Assembly: GCA_973895155.1 (NCBI GenBank)
Contig: OZ316892.1
Coordinates: 696,917-760,916 of the forward strand
Origin: Marsupella aquatica
Lineage: Eukaryota > Plantae > Marchantiophyta
DNA: 64,000 nt
Direction: 5' to 3'
The notes below the pieces were generated by a model, which did no database searches, was not told where the DNA came from, and saw nothing but the letters and a program-made list of their open reading frames with translations. Positions 63,019 through 64,000 of the stretch are shown here, in pieces. Every line of letters starts with the position of its first letter. The first letter of the stretch is position 1. The position numbers and the translations under genes were made by a program.

Positions 63019-64000
63019 GGTGCCAAATCTAGAATGATGGTCTCCATGACCAGTTCCAAACTTTGCTGCAAATTCTTTGGCTTCCTTATCAATCACAAGC
63101 TCCCTGTGAACCTTCTTCAGCTCTTGCAATTCTTTAGCTTTCTTGGAAGCAGCATCTATGGAGAGTTGTTCTTCTATGATGATCGCTTGCCTCTTGGCCT
63201 CAAACTTAATTCATTTATTAGAAGGTTGTCTACAAGCTTGCCCGCAAGCTTGTCGGCAAGGCAACAATTCTCCTTGTCTGCCTATTGCAAATCAGCTATG
63301 GTGTCTTGTTGTTGCCTTTGTAATCGAGTAGAGGCATCTACGATAGTGCTACCTGTGCATGGATGGCTTCTTCTGCGTCCACCTTTGATTGCGCTGCAAA
63401 AGTAGGACAATGATTGAGATCTGAATCAGCAGCCCAAAAGTCACCCCACATCTTCTCCATTTCCAGCACATTTGCCTCTAACTATTGCCTGAGCTCTTCA
63501 TTGGATCTCTACAATTGTCGCAAATCCTCACGCGATATTGTTCCTGTGCTTTTTGGCTTTTGGCTTTTGTTCATATGACAACCCAGAGGATGCTTTGTGG
63601 ATTTTTCCGTTACAACAATGAGAAAAACCCATTGATCTGATATATTCACTTTTTGGCTTTTTTTGGTTATGGCAATGAGCAAGCCCCTTGCTCTATTCAC
63701 TTCATGATCTCCAATAATAGATAATAATAACGCGATCAAAGTCTGGTAGGCTTTTATACAGGCAATGTATTGCCTCCCTTATTACTTTCATGAAACAAAT
63801 ACAACTCCTAGCGCTATTATCAAATACATAATTCCAAGACCCCTTCTTTCCTGTGGTCAAAATACTAATTCCAAAACTGTTCCTTCCCCCTGGTCCGGGC
63901 TAAAAAAGCACAACATCGTTGATAGAGGAATAAGCTTTGCCATTGAACGCACGAGGGACATCACTTGCATTGTTGATGGGAGGCTGGCGCTCGATTTGTG

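Overview
Eukaryotic nuclear DNA from a land plant with flagellated sperm, most likely a moss or other bryophyte (inferred from GT-AG introns, an NME7/NDK7 remnant, a fungal-type FTR1 and an intronless PPR-DYW gene). Host genes: CRR7-like, a kinesin-12 (POK-like) tail gene with no visible motor domain, a RAB6-interacting golgin-family gene, an FSH1/OVCA2 serine hydrolase, FTR1, and a PPR-DYW editing factor with a decayed paralog about 40 kb away. The standout is an 8.9-kb Ty3/Gypsy-type retrotransposon at 50228-59115. It carries a DNMT3-like C5 cytosine methyltransferase between protease and RT and a PHD finger after the integrase. Instead of two ordinary LTRs it has a split, permuted A-internal-B-A-B terminal repeat. 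The PPT and PBS define the LTR as B+GC+A, but the integrated ends (TGTC...GACA, CATC target duplication) map to a palindromic junction (GACA-GC-TGTC) inside that LTR. This suggests integration of a circular intermediate by a DDE integrase. This copy is decayed (stops, frameshifts, RT core deleted). All calls are by eye; exon and repeat boundaries are approximate.
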